From assembly GCA_965153455.1 (NCBI GenBank), contig OZ234493.1, forward strand, positions 26,526,213-26,590,212: a DNA stretch of 64,000 nucleotides, written 5' to 3'. This stretch comes from Sphagnum compactum. Lineage: Eukaryota. Shown here in pieces: positions 13,201 through 26,700 of the stretch. The notes below the pieces were generated by a model, which worked only from the letters and a program-made list of their open reading frames with translations, was not told the DNA's origin and ran no database searches. The first letter of the stretch is position 1; every line of letters starts with the position of its first letter. Made by a program: the position numbers and the translations under genes.

Positions 13201-16200
13201 TAATGTTAATAATTATGATATTCTTAGGTTGCAAAAATTTCTTCCATTGAAAATATACTTGAGCTAATTGTCTTTTAATCATTTGAGAAAAATAGGGTGA
13301 ATTTTTGTAATTAATAAAAAATGATAAATTGTTGTAAATTTAAGAGTTTTATAAAAAAATAATAAATTATTAGTGTACATTTACATAAAAGCATGATTGT
13401 AAATCCATTGCATATTCATATTTATAATTTATTTTAGTTTTGAGGCCCAAATCACTTATATGTGATCTAAATATAATAATTCAAAATGAAAGAAATCTTG
13501 TGTGTTACTACTTTTGATACTCTACGTAATTTGAGTTCCCCTAAAATGTGTACATCATAATGTGCATTCACCTTCAAAGCAATGTGAAAGGAGGTTTTGT
13601 ATAAAATAACAATCAATCTTGAGGCCATTCCACATTTTAGGGTGCTAGGAGACAATATAAGAGCACAAGTTCCCAAGCATTGATATTTACACAAAATGGT
13701 TGAAAGACCATTTCTTCTCCTCCTTAAAGACCAAGGATTTTGTTTTCTTTCCACCATTTTTCTTCCTTTTCTTTCCACAATTTCAAATTGAATAAGGGAC
13801 AAATTTTTTTAAACCATAAAATTTGTCTTTTAAAATGAAAAAAAATTCAAAAATATTATGTCTAACAATGAACAACAAATAACAAAGGTGAAAAAAATCC
13901 AAAATCTTGACTACTTGCACATAATTAAAAAGGTGGACTAATTTGATCATATTACTAATGTTAAAATAATTCAGCATTAGCCCCATTGGCTTTAAGGTCT
14001 ATGTATAAATGTTAGCTTACATTGGTTTCATGAGAAATTAACTCTTACATGTGGTTGTAACCAAAGTATAACAACTAACTTCTTTTTTTAACACTAGTCA
14101 TGGTTGTAATACAAGCATTGATGACAAAACTACAAAACGTTTTCAAAGTTTTCTACCATTGGAAGCATGCCAATAGGTACACCTATAGTTAGGTCCAAAT
14201 TAGTTTAACCCAATGTGTTAGGTCGGAAAGTTGTTTCACTAATTAGTAAGGAAGGGGCTTGAATAATATAAGAATTAGTATAAATAGGAGAGGAAGAGTT
14301 TTCAACAAACCCATAGCTTAAAGGGGGAAATCTTACCCCACGATACATTAGAATCAAGGGTGGTTTGGATAAGTAGGGAATGTTGTAACTTGACTAGACA
14401 TATTAACGTTTATGTTATCATGCCCTAAATTGGCTAGGGAATTGGATAAGGGATAGCAAGGTGGGAGGGGGTTTCTAAGATTCTTCTAATAATAGGTTAA
14501 AGGTAGGATAGGTCATGGCTTCTTCATCAAGCTAATTTTTAAAGGGGTCTTCTTTGTTGACCTTTCATGATTGCTTGAAGGGGAGGTGTTGGATTAATCA
14601 TAAAAGTGTGGGAGGGGGTATTGAGATGTGATGGGTGGGCTTTTGTGTGACCTTGGAGCTTGTCACATCATGAACAAATGTAGAAGTACTCACTCACGGG
14701 GAAGCAAACATTTGAGGTGAGCTAGAAAGGAAACTTGAGGTCGAGGTGGAAAAATCATGGAAGGGGGTAAGGGAGGTGGCAACAACAATTCAAAGGACGT
14801 GCTTTCATGAAGAGGTCTACTCAAGGCAAGCGGAAGAAGATTTGGTTTTTAAGAATTTTTGAACTTCTATCTTACCACGAGCTTGACCTTCAGGATGGTT
14901 AAAATGGAACTTTTAAGGTTTCTTTTGATTTCATGAGGTTCACATCATTTAGGGTTTGAAGCATGAGGGGTTTTTTTCTTGAGACATAAATTCTAAAAGT
15001 AGATGGTAGGAAAAATTAGGGCAATGAGTTAGAAAGGTCATCACAAACTTAATGGGTCATGATTTGGCAATAATAATTGTGCGAATTCCCATTTTCCATG
15101 TTTTGTATTGTCTAAACACAAATGGCATGCATTTAAAACACATATGAAATACATAAATATAATTTTAAAAATCATCCATTGTAAATTTTCAAATCATATT
15201 TCTATGACATTTGTGTTTAGATAACACAAATCTATGAAAAAAAATCTCACACAACGACTATTGCCATATTGTGGCCCAAGAAGTTTATGATGGTAATGTA
15301 ATGATTTTGGGACCTTAGAAAAGTAGAATGGGGCTCATTGATGGTTGGGGTTCCAAAAATGATTGTCTAATTAAAAAAGGATTGCAAAGGACAATTTTAG
15401 ATTTTTTCAATGTTTTGTATATTACAACTATGGTGTATTGCTATGTTCCTACGACTAAAATATCAAAAATTAAAAATTAAAAATCCAATAGTTATTGGAT
15501 GTTGTTTAAAAGTCCTTTTGAGTCCTTAACTAATTTATGATTAATTGTCCATATTATGATTTTAAAATAAAGAAATGCATGTAAAAATGCAATTAATTTC
15601 AAAAGAAATTTGCAATTTGTTTTTTTTCCCCTTTATGCAACTACATGTTCATTAAGTCAACTTGATGAAAAATATGAAAATTTCAAGGTCTTAACATTTT
15701 GAAATAAATGGATGTAAAGGAAATTTTTCCTTTTAAACATCATTTGGCAAGCTTATATTCATTAGTTTCAAAAAAATTAGCTATAGGTGCAAGTCACACA
15801 TGCAAGAAATAATCATGTGTAAAAACATGTTTAGTTGATTTTTGAAAGTCATTTTGACATTTTATGTATTATTACGTATAAACCAGAATATTAATGCACA
15901 ATTATGTATGCATATGAAAAATCACCACCACCATACAAATTATTTCATCTTGGACTATTCAATTTTTTTCTCAATTAAATTTGTTCCATGTAAATGTTGT
16001 TTGTAAACAATAGCTCTAAGAAAAAATTGATGTTTTTTTTCCTTTTCTTAAAACCCCAACTATGAATGGACCAAGGAAGGGAACAATATTTTTGTTTTAA
16101 GACTTTATTACTTTTCAAGAAAAATATTGAAACTCAAAAAGTTGAAACAATTAAGGTTACAAACCAATGCACATGTCAAAATTGTATCAAAGTATGACAT

Positions 16201-19049
16201 TAGTAGGGGTTTGGATGTGTGTGTGTGTGCATAGGTTGTTTTAGTTGGTGGTCTTGTTGTCTAGTAAATATAAAAAATGAAAATGTAGGTAGGGGTATAG
16301 GGTTGTGTAGTGATTGTGATGCTTGTTGTTTAGAATGTTGTAGTCAAGTGTGTGGGTAGGCATGTTCTAGCAAGTGTGGACTATCTAAACTTATCATAAT
16401 TGTTGTTTGGTGGTTGATAATTATGTATGTTGAATGTTTTTAATTCAATTTGTCTTGTTTGATTGTTGCCCAAAGAAGGTCAACAAAAGGGGTCAAGAAG
16501 AAGGCATGGAAAGACAAACCATGGGTACATTCAAGTGAACGCCCCCCCACCTCACCCCCTCCATTCCAACCACCTTTTGAATGTTTTCTTTCTTAATTAT
16601 GGAAATCTAATGAGGCAAATAAGGAAACGGGAAAGGGAGAAAAAATTCAACAAGGTATTACTCATACCACCTTCCAAGATGTTTTCTAAGAGATGGAAGG
16701 ATGACCTAGGAATAGGATGTTAGGGGCACATTAATTTTACACTTATGACCTAACACTTCTAGTGTATCAAAAAGCTTAGAATCTCTAGGCATTCCTTTAT
16801 AACCTTTGGAATTCAAAGATATATTGTAGACATACACTTGGCACACCCATAGCCATGAAGATCATTAAAAAAAAACCAAAAATGAAGTTTAGATATGGGG
16901 TTTTGACGGTTTGGGGGGGGGGGGGGGGGGGGTGAATGTTTGGTGATGGGCATGTTATAATAGTTTGTGATTTAGAGCTTAAAATGCTTGGGAATTGATT
17001 TATTTCCTTTGGAGTTGAATTTTTTTTCTATAAAGCTCCATTTTGTGCACCAAAGGTTTATAGATTATTTAAAACAAATAAGAAATGAGGAATATATGGG
17101 GTCAAAAAGTAAGTGGGGTTTTGGGGGGTTTTTCCAAACATTTTGTGATTTGGGTAGCTCGTTCTCTTCATCTTTTTTTTCTTAATATTACTTTATTTAT
17201 GGAGTTGAAAACCATATCATAGGCTTGGCACACCAATAACTATGAAGATTGCTCAAAATGGACAAGAAATGAATAAGATATGGGTTATGTTTGGTGATGG
17301 GCATGTTTATTGTAAACCCTTGATTATGCATCAAGAAAAAAACATCCACATGATTTTGATTAGCTATCCTTTGATTTCAACCTAGCAATGTATACCCATT
17401 AGGTTGATTTATAGCATAAAGTTAAAAAATTAGACTAGTAGTTTTGCAATTGGATAAAAAAACATTGCAATAAAACATGAGACATTCCATGTTAATGAAC
17501 ATTAAATTGTCATTCCAATGAAAATAATGGGACAACATTTCACATGACCATGAGGACATGTGTGTATTGTCTTGTCATAAACAATGCACATCCCACTACA
17601 TATGATCAATTAAAATGATTTCATTTAAATTTGTTACAAGTGTAATTAATTAATCTTTAAATATGAAGATGACACATTTTATTCATTTTTTCATTAACAA
17701 TTGAAACAAATGATTTAAAAAATGAAAAATGAAAATATTTTATTCATAAATTCAAATGATTGAATGCATTCAATTAATACTGAACAAACTCATTACATTT
17801 TAATTACCGAAGGACTTCATAGAAGCCTTGAAATTTATTAATAACCTTGTTAATTTTTTTATTAATTAAAAAAATATTTTGAGTTTTATTTGTTAAATAT
17901 TTCAAAATAAAAAATTGTCAAAGCTTTTATGAAGGCCTTGAATTTCATATTTAATTGAAACACCTTCCAAACATTATATGTCAATTCAAGCAATTGTTTT
18001 TTGCAAAGAAACATTAAATTCGATTTGTGAAACATTTTTTTTATTTTCAAAAGAATTTCTTTCAAAATTGTTTTACATTTGTAAATTATATTTGTTTTGA
18101 ATAATCTTGGTAGAACCTTCAAAATCTTGTTTTAATTTGGTTTTTTTCAATTTGAAAAAAAGGAAGTCATGAACATTTAGATTTCAAAAAACAATTCAAA
18201 TAAATCATGATAAATAAGATTGTTGACCATATATATATGAATGTAACTACTTTGAGCGTAACTACTTCATTCCTTTCCCCTACCCATCTACATAGATATG
18301 AAAAGACAAATTAACATGTGACTTTTCATGTCCATGTTATCTATATTAGAATCTACTTTAAAACTAACATAAATAATGACAAACTATTGGGAACAAAGTT
18401 CTTTTCTATGCAAATTTTTGCCAAAGTGAAAAAATAAAAATGGAATATTTTGTTACAATATTCCTTTTTTGGGAAAAAATCACCAAAGTTTGAAAAACAA
18501 ATATTGATTTTTTTTCAGCCAAATTGAACTTTGATAATTGTTTGATAACATTTTTTGAACTATTTAAAAAAATATGTGAATAGGTTTAAAATCATGTTTC
18601 CATTTATAACTAAATCCCTTTTGAGATAGTAGCCCATGATGCAACATCAAAACATTGTGAAGAAAAATCATTGATTGGGAACCATATGAAATCAAAAGAG
18701 GACAAAATTGGGGAGAAGGGATCCATGATTTTGTTGATTTTAGAACCTTGGCGAAGGCATTCCAATTATCATATTAACATTTGGTAGTGTGGTTTGAATC
18801 TCCATATGTCAAATATGTATGGTTGTATAATTTTTGTATATGTCCATATAATATTTGGTGTTTTCCATGTAGTTGTATGATGTCACCATACCTATTTTGG
18901 AAAATACTTATGTATCTATATTTTAAAATCATTTAAAGACTTTATCTATTTAAATTTATCTTATTTTATTTTTGATATATGAAAATTAAAATTAGTATGA
19001 TAATATTTTTCAATTCTATAAGTATTTGTTAATAAATGAAAATTAAAAA

Positions 19050-20580
19050 GCCACATGTGTACAAATTGTATACCTCACATGGTTAATAGCACCAATCTTA
19101 GTTCACTTAATCATTCATTTGTTGTTCACCTTTCCAATTGGGAATTCATTATAGCGAATTTCCATGAAATTCATTACAAAATGAATGGGAATGTTGAGTG
19201 AATTGGGCCCATATTTCCTTGTAGTGAAATCGGCCTCTTGGTGTTGAGTGATCGAGATTGAAAGATGGAGTTCGTACATGTGTACAAACCATATATGTAC
19301 TTCATTTGGTCAATAACATTAGTCTTAGTTCATTTAGTCGTTCATGTTTTTTGTTCACCTTTCCAATTGTGAATTAATTGTAGTGAGTTTTCATGAAATT
19401 CATTACAAAATGAATAGAAAATGGAATTGGTACATGTGTACATGTGTACAAATCACGACTTCACTTGGTCAATAAAATTACTCCAAGTTCATTCACATTG
19501 GAAATGTGAAATGATGGTATTGAGTTTCCATGAAATTCATTACGAAATGATAAAAATGTTGACTCAATTGGGGCCATAATTTCTTGTAGTGAAACTAGCC
19601 TCCTCACATTGAGTGATAGAGATTGAAAGATGGAATCAATACACATGTACAAACCATGTACCTCACTTGGTCAACAACACTAGTCCTAGTTCACTCAATC
19701 GTCTTATGTTGTGTCCTCTTTTCAATTGTGAATTTGTGTCCATGAAATTTGTTATAAAATGAGTGAAATGTTGAGTGAATTGGGCCCATATTTCCTTATA
19801 GTGAAACTAGCCTATGCCTAGCCATGGAAATTGAAAGATGAAATTGAAATATGTGTACAAACCACGTACCCCACTTGCTCAATAACATGAATCGTAGTTC
19901 ATTCAACCATTCACTTTTTGTTACCATTTCTAGTTGTGAATTCGTTGTAGTGAATTTCATTCCATGAAATTCAGTGCAAAATGAAATAAATGTTGAGCAA
20001 ATTAGGACCACATCTCCTTGTAGTGAAATTGGCCTGTTGGTGTTAAGAAATGGAGATTGAAACATGGAATCGGTACATGTGTACAAACCATGTACCTCAT
20101 GGTCAATAGCACTGGTCCTAGTTCACTCAATCATTCCGGTGCTGTGTCCTATTTTCAATAGTGAATTCATTGCAGTGAATGTCCATGAAATTTGTTTGAA
20201 AAAAAGTGAAATGTTGAGTGAATTGGGTCCATATTTCCTTGCAGTGAAACTAGCTTGTACTACACCATGGACATTGAAAGATGGAATCGGTACATGTGTT
20301 CAAACCATGTGCCTCACTTGGTCAATAGCACTGGTCATAGTTCACTCAATCATTCACTTGTTCACATTTCCAATTGTGAATTCATTGTAGTGAAATTCAT
20401 CACAAAATGAGTGAAATGTTGACTGAATTGGCCCCCCTATGTCTTTGAAGTGAAACTGGCTTCCTGGTGCTCAGAGATGGAGATTGAAAGATAGAATTAG
20501 TATAAGGTGACAATTTCTTGTAGTGAAACTGACCTCCTGGCTTTGAGCAATAGAGATTGAAAGATGGAATCGGTATAAGG
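19050..20580. repeat. Degenerate tandem array, about 210-bp unit, about 7 copies
   Basis: The anchor ATTGAAAGATGGA or a close variant recurs at about 19257, 19622, 19830, 20057, 20273, 20483 and 20555. Companion blocks (ATGTTGAGTGAATTGGGCCCATATTTCCTTGTAGTGAAA; TACATGTGTACAAACCATG) recur in the same order. Confidence 0.9.
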
Positions 20581-23500
20581 TGATAAAGTGGATAGATTTA
20601 TGACCTGACTGGCGGAGTGCTGTTTGCAACAAATTTCGAGGCAAAGTGAGGACAAAATTGTTGGTCAAAATAGTACCTTTGCTATAATTCAGAAGCCTGG
20701 CTGGGTTTTGTGCAGAGTAAATGAGGTGGAAATCACTCTGCCTTCATGAAAGCAGCATCAAGGGATAGAAGACAACTTTTAGTTTAGTTTTAGGAGACAG
20801 TTGATTTTCACATAGGAGGAGAGTGTCCAATGCCATTGTCACAAGGTTCCACGACTCTTGCAATTTGGAACCGACCAGATTCTCCTGCAACTCCATGGAC
20901 TTTTACACTTTTCTGCTAGAGTCAGAAGTTAGTGAACCCCTGTTGGGTTTTTCACTTTTTTTCTGCTTTATGATGATGTCATCCAAAGGTTTGTCGATGA
21001 TGTCTAAGACAGTAACTTCAAGCATATTTGAGTAAAGTGGTCTGAGAATATAAGCTCAATCTGGATGAGGCCCCAGCTCATAGATAACAGCAAAGTTTGC
21101 AATACAGTACAGTACATACCCTGGCGCCTGCTCTCATACTCTTAGATCAGTTGTCACCTTGAAGGTTGCCCTCAAGATGCACCATGTGCTTGGATGATGG
21201 GCTCCAGAATGTCCGGATTCTAAGCTCAGGAAGCAGGGTGAGACGAGGGTATGTGTCAACTTGATCATAATTCATAGCACTCCACAATGCACATGAACCA
21301 TGTGATAATATGATGGGCTCCAGGAGGTAGGTTCTCAACTCCTGGCAGGCACAGTTGTGGAGTGTGACCCATTCTTAGATTAACCTGCTACTACTAGATA
21401 CAAAAATGTGCAATGTTCTTATGGTCCTTTATGCCAGGCCAGGAGCTTTTTCTCCAGGGGGAGATTCATTCATGATTTTGTTGCTGTTTCAAGTTTGGCC
21501 ACTTGTTCTTCCTTTGACAATTTTATGAAAGCTGTGGCTTGCAAAGTGCTTCACCAGCTCATATCTTCGGGTAACAAGTGTCGGATGCAGCATGCTAGAA
21601 AATTTGCAAATAATTGTCCTTCTTTTGAACAGAAAACTGTTCATGATATCAAAATTAGTTGCAACTGTAGTGTGGCAACCCCCCCCCCCCCCCCCCCCCC
21701 CCCCCGCCCAATCCAATTTACAATGCCATAATGGGGAAAAAAAACCATCTTCATCAACATTACCTTAGAAGATTTCAGAATTTTATGGTATAATTTCTTC
21801 TTTTTTTCCCTTAGGAATTCAGACTATTATGCTTGAACTTCAAGATTTTACACTAGGACTTGGTTCAGAGACCACTTCAGATAATGTCTCTTTTTTCCAA
21901 AGCTGTCAGATTGTCCAAAATCAATGTGTTGCTTATAAATATGTCATATGTTCAAGAAAATTGTGATTTGGGCAAAAGTGAAAAATTGCACATGTGCAAT
22001 TTGGCTCAGTCAATCACATTTCATCTACATGCTTGTAACAATTCTGTCTACAAAATGTAGAAAAAGACAATCAGAGCTTGTGGATGCTTGAATTGCCTAG
22101 GGATCAATTGCCACAGTTGTCAACCATTTTCAAGAGCTTGGCCAGTCTAGAATCGAGATGTGGCAGAGGGACTGTACAATGTATATATGTTTCAATGTTA
22201 AAATTAAAATCTACATTTAAGTTTAGTAAACACACCCAACATTTGTTGGCTCTGCCCAGAGGGAACAGACTTCACATTCATGTAAGATTTGGGAATCAAA
22301 ATTTGGCATGAATTTGTCTCTTTGGAGACATGTGGTAAAAAATTGGCTTGATCAGAGGAACCAATTTGTGAATGACAGCTAAAGACCTAGTTGTACTCTC
22401 TAGGCTAAATTAGCTAACCAAGTCATGATATGTTGGTACTGGGAGTGTAGGAGGGAAGGACCCAGACTTTATTTGCTCCCACATTTTGACAAATGTTCAC
22501 CAAGTGTTAACTGTGAGTTCATTTTTTTGGGAACTGTATGCAACATTTCCTATATTACGTGTTGCTGGTTTGAACTCACCAGAAGAGGCAAAGCTATTAA
22601 GCTGTTAGCTGCTTGTTTGAATCTGCCCTTTATGTGATGAGCTGCTTTGTCACTCTTGAAACCATGGATTCCTACATGGACAGCCAAGGTGCACCACCTT
22701 GATGTGGTACAGCTCTTGCAGACTGGGCAAAGATCAAAGGGATCAGGGGTTGCAGATTGTCACAGGCTTGGAAACAACACGGGACACAGGACAATGCAAT
22801 TGCATAAGCAACCTGAACACCTGCCAATTCCATTGGTTCTCTACAAAAATAATTGGGCTCCTTGTCCGTTTTTTGTATTAGAGAGCATCCCATGGGCAAG
22901 CCCCAGATGTACACACCTGCCAGAATCTACCCTCAGTGGCCTGCTCTTTAGTGTTAAAGTCAGTGGACCACAAAAGAAAACATAGGGGGGCGCATTGGGG
23001 AGCACAGCAAAATCAGCTGCCTGCAAAATGAACCCCTATTAATGAACCTTCTTTTCTCTCTCAAATGAGCTTCATCTTTGGACCATCCTAACATTTTGAA
23101 AGCATTTCATCTCCAAGAAATTGTTGTCTGAAAAAATCTAGCACTTTTCATAAGACACTAAATAACCCCTAATGAGCTTTGTTCAACCCATTTTTGAGCT
23201 AGTTTTTTTTTTTTGTGCTTAACATGGTTGTGCAATGCGACCTGTGTGATTTATGTAAAATTGCATTGTGTGGTTCTACTTGTTTTGCATGTTTTGCAAA
23301 GGTTTTTTTCAAATTTATTTGTTCCATAGTCCCACGCAGATTTCAAACCCAACACCTTGCAATAGACATTGCAGATACCAACCAACAACATAGATTTCAG
23401 CTTTGAACAATGACAAGATTATTTTTTATTTAACATCAAAGCAAGGTCAAACTTTTCAAACCTTGCAATGGACCTGCACAGAGCTGAGCACTGTAGCCAC

Positions 23501-25759
23501 TTTGAGCTCATTAGGGGGGTGTTTAGCATCTTCCACACTTTACTCATGCCTCCAAGTTCCAACAGCAATTATCAGTTTGTTGTGGACAAATTAGATGCCA
23601 TACAATAGACAAAAGCAATGTGGTAGCAACGTGGGTAGTGGACATGGTTAGGAACAACATCAAGTACTTAATGTACCTAGATGGTGATGGATCAATGGGG
23701 ACTCCAGTCTCTGGCATCCTTACACCTATGGTAGCTATCGGTATCAACAAACATCAAGTGTTCTTCCTTTAGAAATCTGCCAAAGCAATCCTGCAGCCTT
23801 CCAGCAGATTGATTGATGGGTAGAATGTTAACATTTGGAGTGCATCATCCAATGACACCTGGTTGCTCTGCTGAAGGGGGAAGGCTTGGATCTGCCAAAT
23901 TCCTCTCCAGAAAAAGGTCACTTGGGAAAGGAATAGGGAAATGACGAGGTACAAATTTGTCAGTATAGCTGCTGAATTGGGAGGAATGGGTCAATATATT
24001 CCACTATAGTACTACTACATGTCATTCTTGTTTCACAGTATCTCCCTGTTTCATATATGCCCTGACCACTGGAGTCTCTGTATTCTGGGGAATAGCCTCA
24101 TGCATAATATAGGAGACAGGATTACAGTGTGTAGTACCTCAGATATCCTAAAGCCACAGCACTGTGATATTATGATGCTCATGCTTTTATGGGGCCCAAC
24201 TCTGTATGTGAGACATTTAACCTGTGGAGTACTTCTGAAACATCAACGTGGGTCCATAACAAGAGCCAGCATTTCAGATCAAGAGGACACACCAAAAGAG
24301 GAGGAACTCGCTAAAATGCTTGAAGACTGCTCCCAGGATAGAGCCAATGGGTTCTTGGCCATGTTTGCAGGCTACCCCTGACCTTCACTGGGAAAAGGTG
24401 CTATAAGGTTATCACCAAGGAAAAGAGCATATAGAAAAGTCATCTTGGGAAATGGACACTGCTGCTGCAGCTGAGAGAGGTCAGGAGGAGATTGTTGTCA
24501 TTATGCAACAAGTATGCTTTTTTCTGGCTTGGGGGACTCTATAACACATGGATGAGGGCTACACGCAGGATTTGGACAATGGGGGGAGCGTGGGTGTCTT
24601 GACCATTTGCAATGGGTCCCTCCCTCCCTGCGCACCTAGAAAGTGGAGACACAAAAGTCTGTGTGGTTTTATTTTCCTGATCCCTCGAATCTGGGGGCAG
24701 TATGAGGTGCCCAATCCGGCAAAAAGCATTTCATCTTCCATTACAGGACGAGAGATTCGACCATCTGCAAATTGGACTCTACACAGCTGTGTTGCTGCCT
24801 CCACTATTCAGCCTTGCACACAAACAAGGCCCAGGTTTAGGGTTTAGGGTAAACCTGGGCAGCTTCTCATCTCCATCTTCTTGTTGTTCTGCTGACCTAA
24901 AATTCAGGTCAAGAGGAGTGGTCCTCTGGTTCCCCCTTCTAAGAAGAACTCCCCCTTCTGGTTCCTAACATTTTCTGAGGGATCAGTTTGGTTTTGGTTT
25001 TTTTTGGCAAAAATGGGACTCGGTTTTGGTTCCTGGGTTTCGGTTCCATAATCTCCAGTTCTAGTTCCAATATTCAAAACAGGAAAATAGACAATGCAAA
25101 AAAAAAAAAGAAAAAACACTTATTACAAATTTTTGTTCTAAGAAAAAAAAGTTTATTACAATTTTTTTTAAATGTCAAACTAATACAAATTAGCCTATTT
25201 TAAAATTATAATCTACATTAGATGTTTCTAGAGGATCAATACCATTTTTTTCATTGCCATGTGGTTCATGTTTTGCAATTGTAGCTACCACCTTGAATGG
25301 CCTCTTGTCACCCTTGAATTCAGGCCTTGAAGACCCCAAAATACCTTGTTTCAAAGTTTAACATCCCTTATTTTAGGACCCCTGCCAAAACCTTATTTGA
25401 GACCCCATCAATCCCTATTTCAGACCTTAAAATCCCCCATTTCAAACCACCCAAAACCCTATGTCAGACCCCCCCCCCCCCCCCCTATTTGAAACTGCCA
25501 AAAAACCTAAATTAAAGTGGCATAACAAAAAAGGAACCAAAAACATAAATCCTAGCAAATTTTTAAGGTCCATTATATTTTAGAGTTTGGGTTTAGAAGC
25601 AAAAATCTCATTCCATGGGTTTCATTGCTTCAAGATTTTCAACAAATAACAAGAATTTTAACACCACAACTTAAATTAAATGCAATCCAACAAAGTAAAA
25701 ATAAAAATTGACACAATGTAGAAGACTAAAAAAAAAACCTAAATCATATTACCATTTTC

Positions 25760-26700
25760 TTCCAAGTTGAGAAGCCCAATTTTTTCAATCACATTTTCAC
25801 TTTTCATCCATTAGGGCTTCTTCCATTTCCATGAATTGCTTCACGAACCCCAAGCTACCAACATGAACATTGTTTAGAAGCCAAAATTTTGTAGATGTTT
25901 ATAAGCATCTCAAGATCTTTTATGCCCAACCAAGAGCATGAAAGAATATTGTTGGCCTCTTTTTCCATAACTTTCTTAACCCTAAAAATGGTTTAATTAT
26001 TCACCACTAATGATGCCATCTCCTCATCAATATCCACGAGACCATATAGACTTGCAATTTTAATACTTTGGGGGGGTAGAGTTAGGTATTCCAACATATG
26101 CATCACTTGGATTTAGAAACTTTTATGTAGAAACAAGGAGTGGAAGCCATACTTAGTAGTCATTCTCACCACAATTTGCAATCCTTTTTCCTTGTCAAGA
26201 AACTAAATGACTAGCCCAAGCTCTTGTAACATGGTCTAACATCATGGCCATGACGTTGTGAGTTTTGACCTTTTGGAAAGAAACAATAAATGAAATGAAA
26301 GGGTTTAGGACTTTTACCACTTGTTTTTACATGTGTTGCTAAAAGGCTTGAAGCTTTCCATCAAAATCACGGGTCTCACTAGAATCGAATGCCAAACAAC
26401 CTAGTCACATTTGACATACAAGTGATATAACACTAACAAGGGCATAAAAAAACAACCAATATCCTCAACTTTGGTTTAACACATTGTTAAACCGTGGGCC
26501 TTAGAATATTAATCAAAACCTTGGCTACTACCCAAAGTTGAGGATGTGGCACACATCTTTGTAATGCCAATGATTGCTACCTTCCATAGCAAATAGCAAT
26601 TACATTCTTGAACTCAAAAGCCTCTTGGAATAGGATATTTTAGAAGCAAAGCAATTTTCTAAAAGAGTCTTGAGTTTACACGGAGGCACCCTCACATTCA
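25760..26700 (-). pseudogene. Decayed hAT-like transposase relic
   Basis: Minus-strand fragments QVVKVLNPFISFIVSFQKVKTHNVMAMMLD (about 26235-26325) and LGIKDLEMLINIYK (about 25890-25930) resemble hAT C-terminal regions. The region is flanked by GGTTCC/GGTTTT-rich subterminal-like tracts at about 24960-25070 and 27150-27360. Confidence 0.5.

Noticed and set aside
19050..20580. CRISPR-like array
   Set aside because: The whole 210-bp unit is repeated, there are no unique spacers or cas genes, and the context is eukaryotic.
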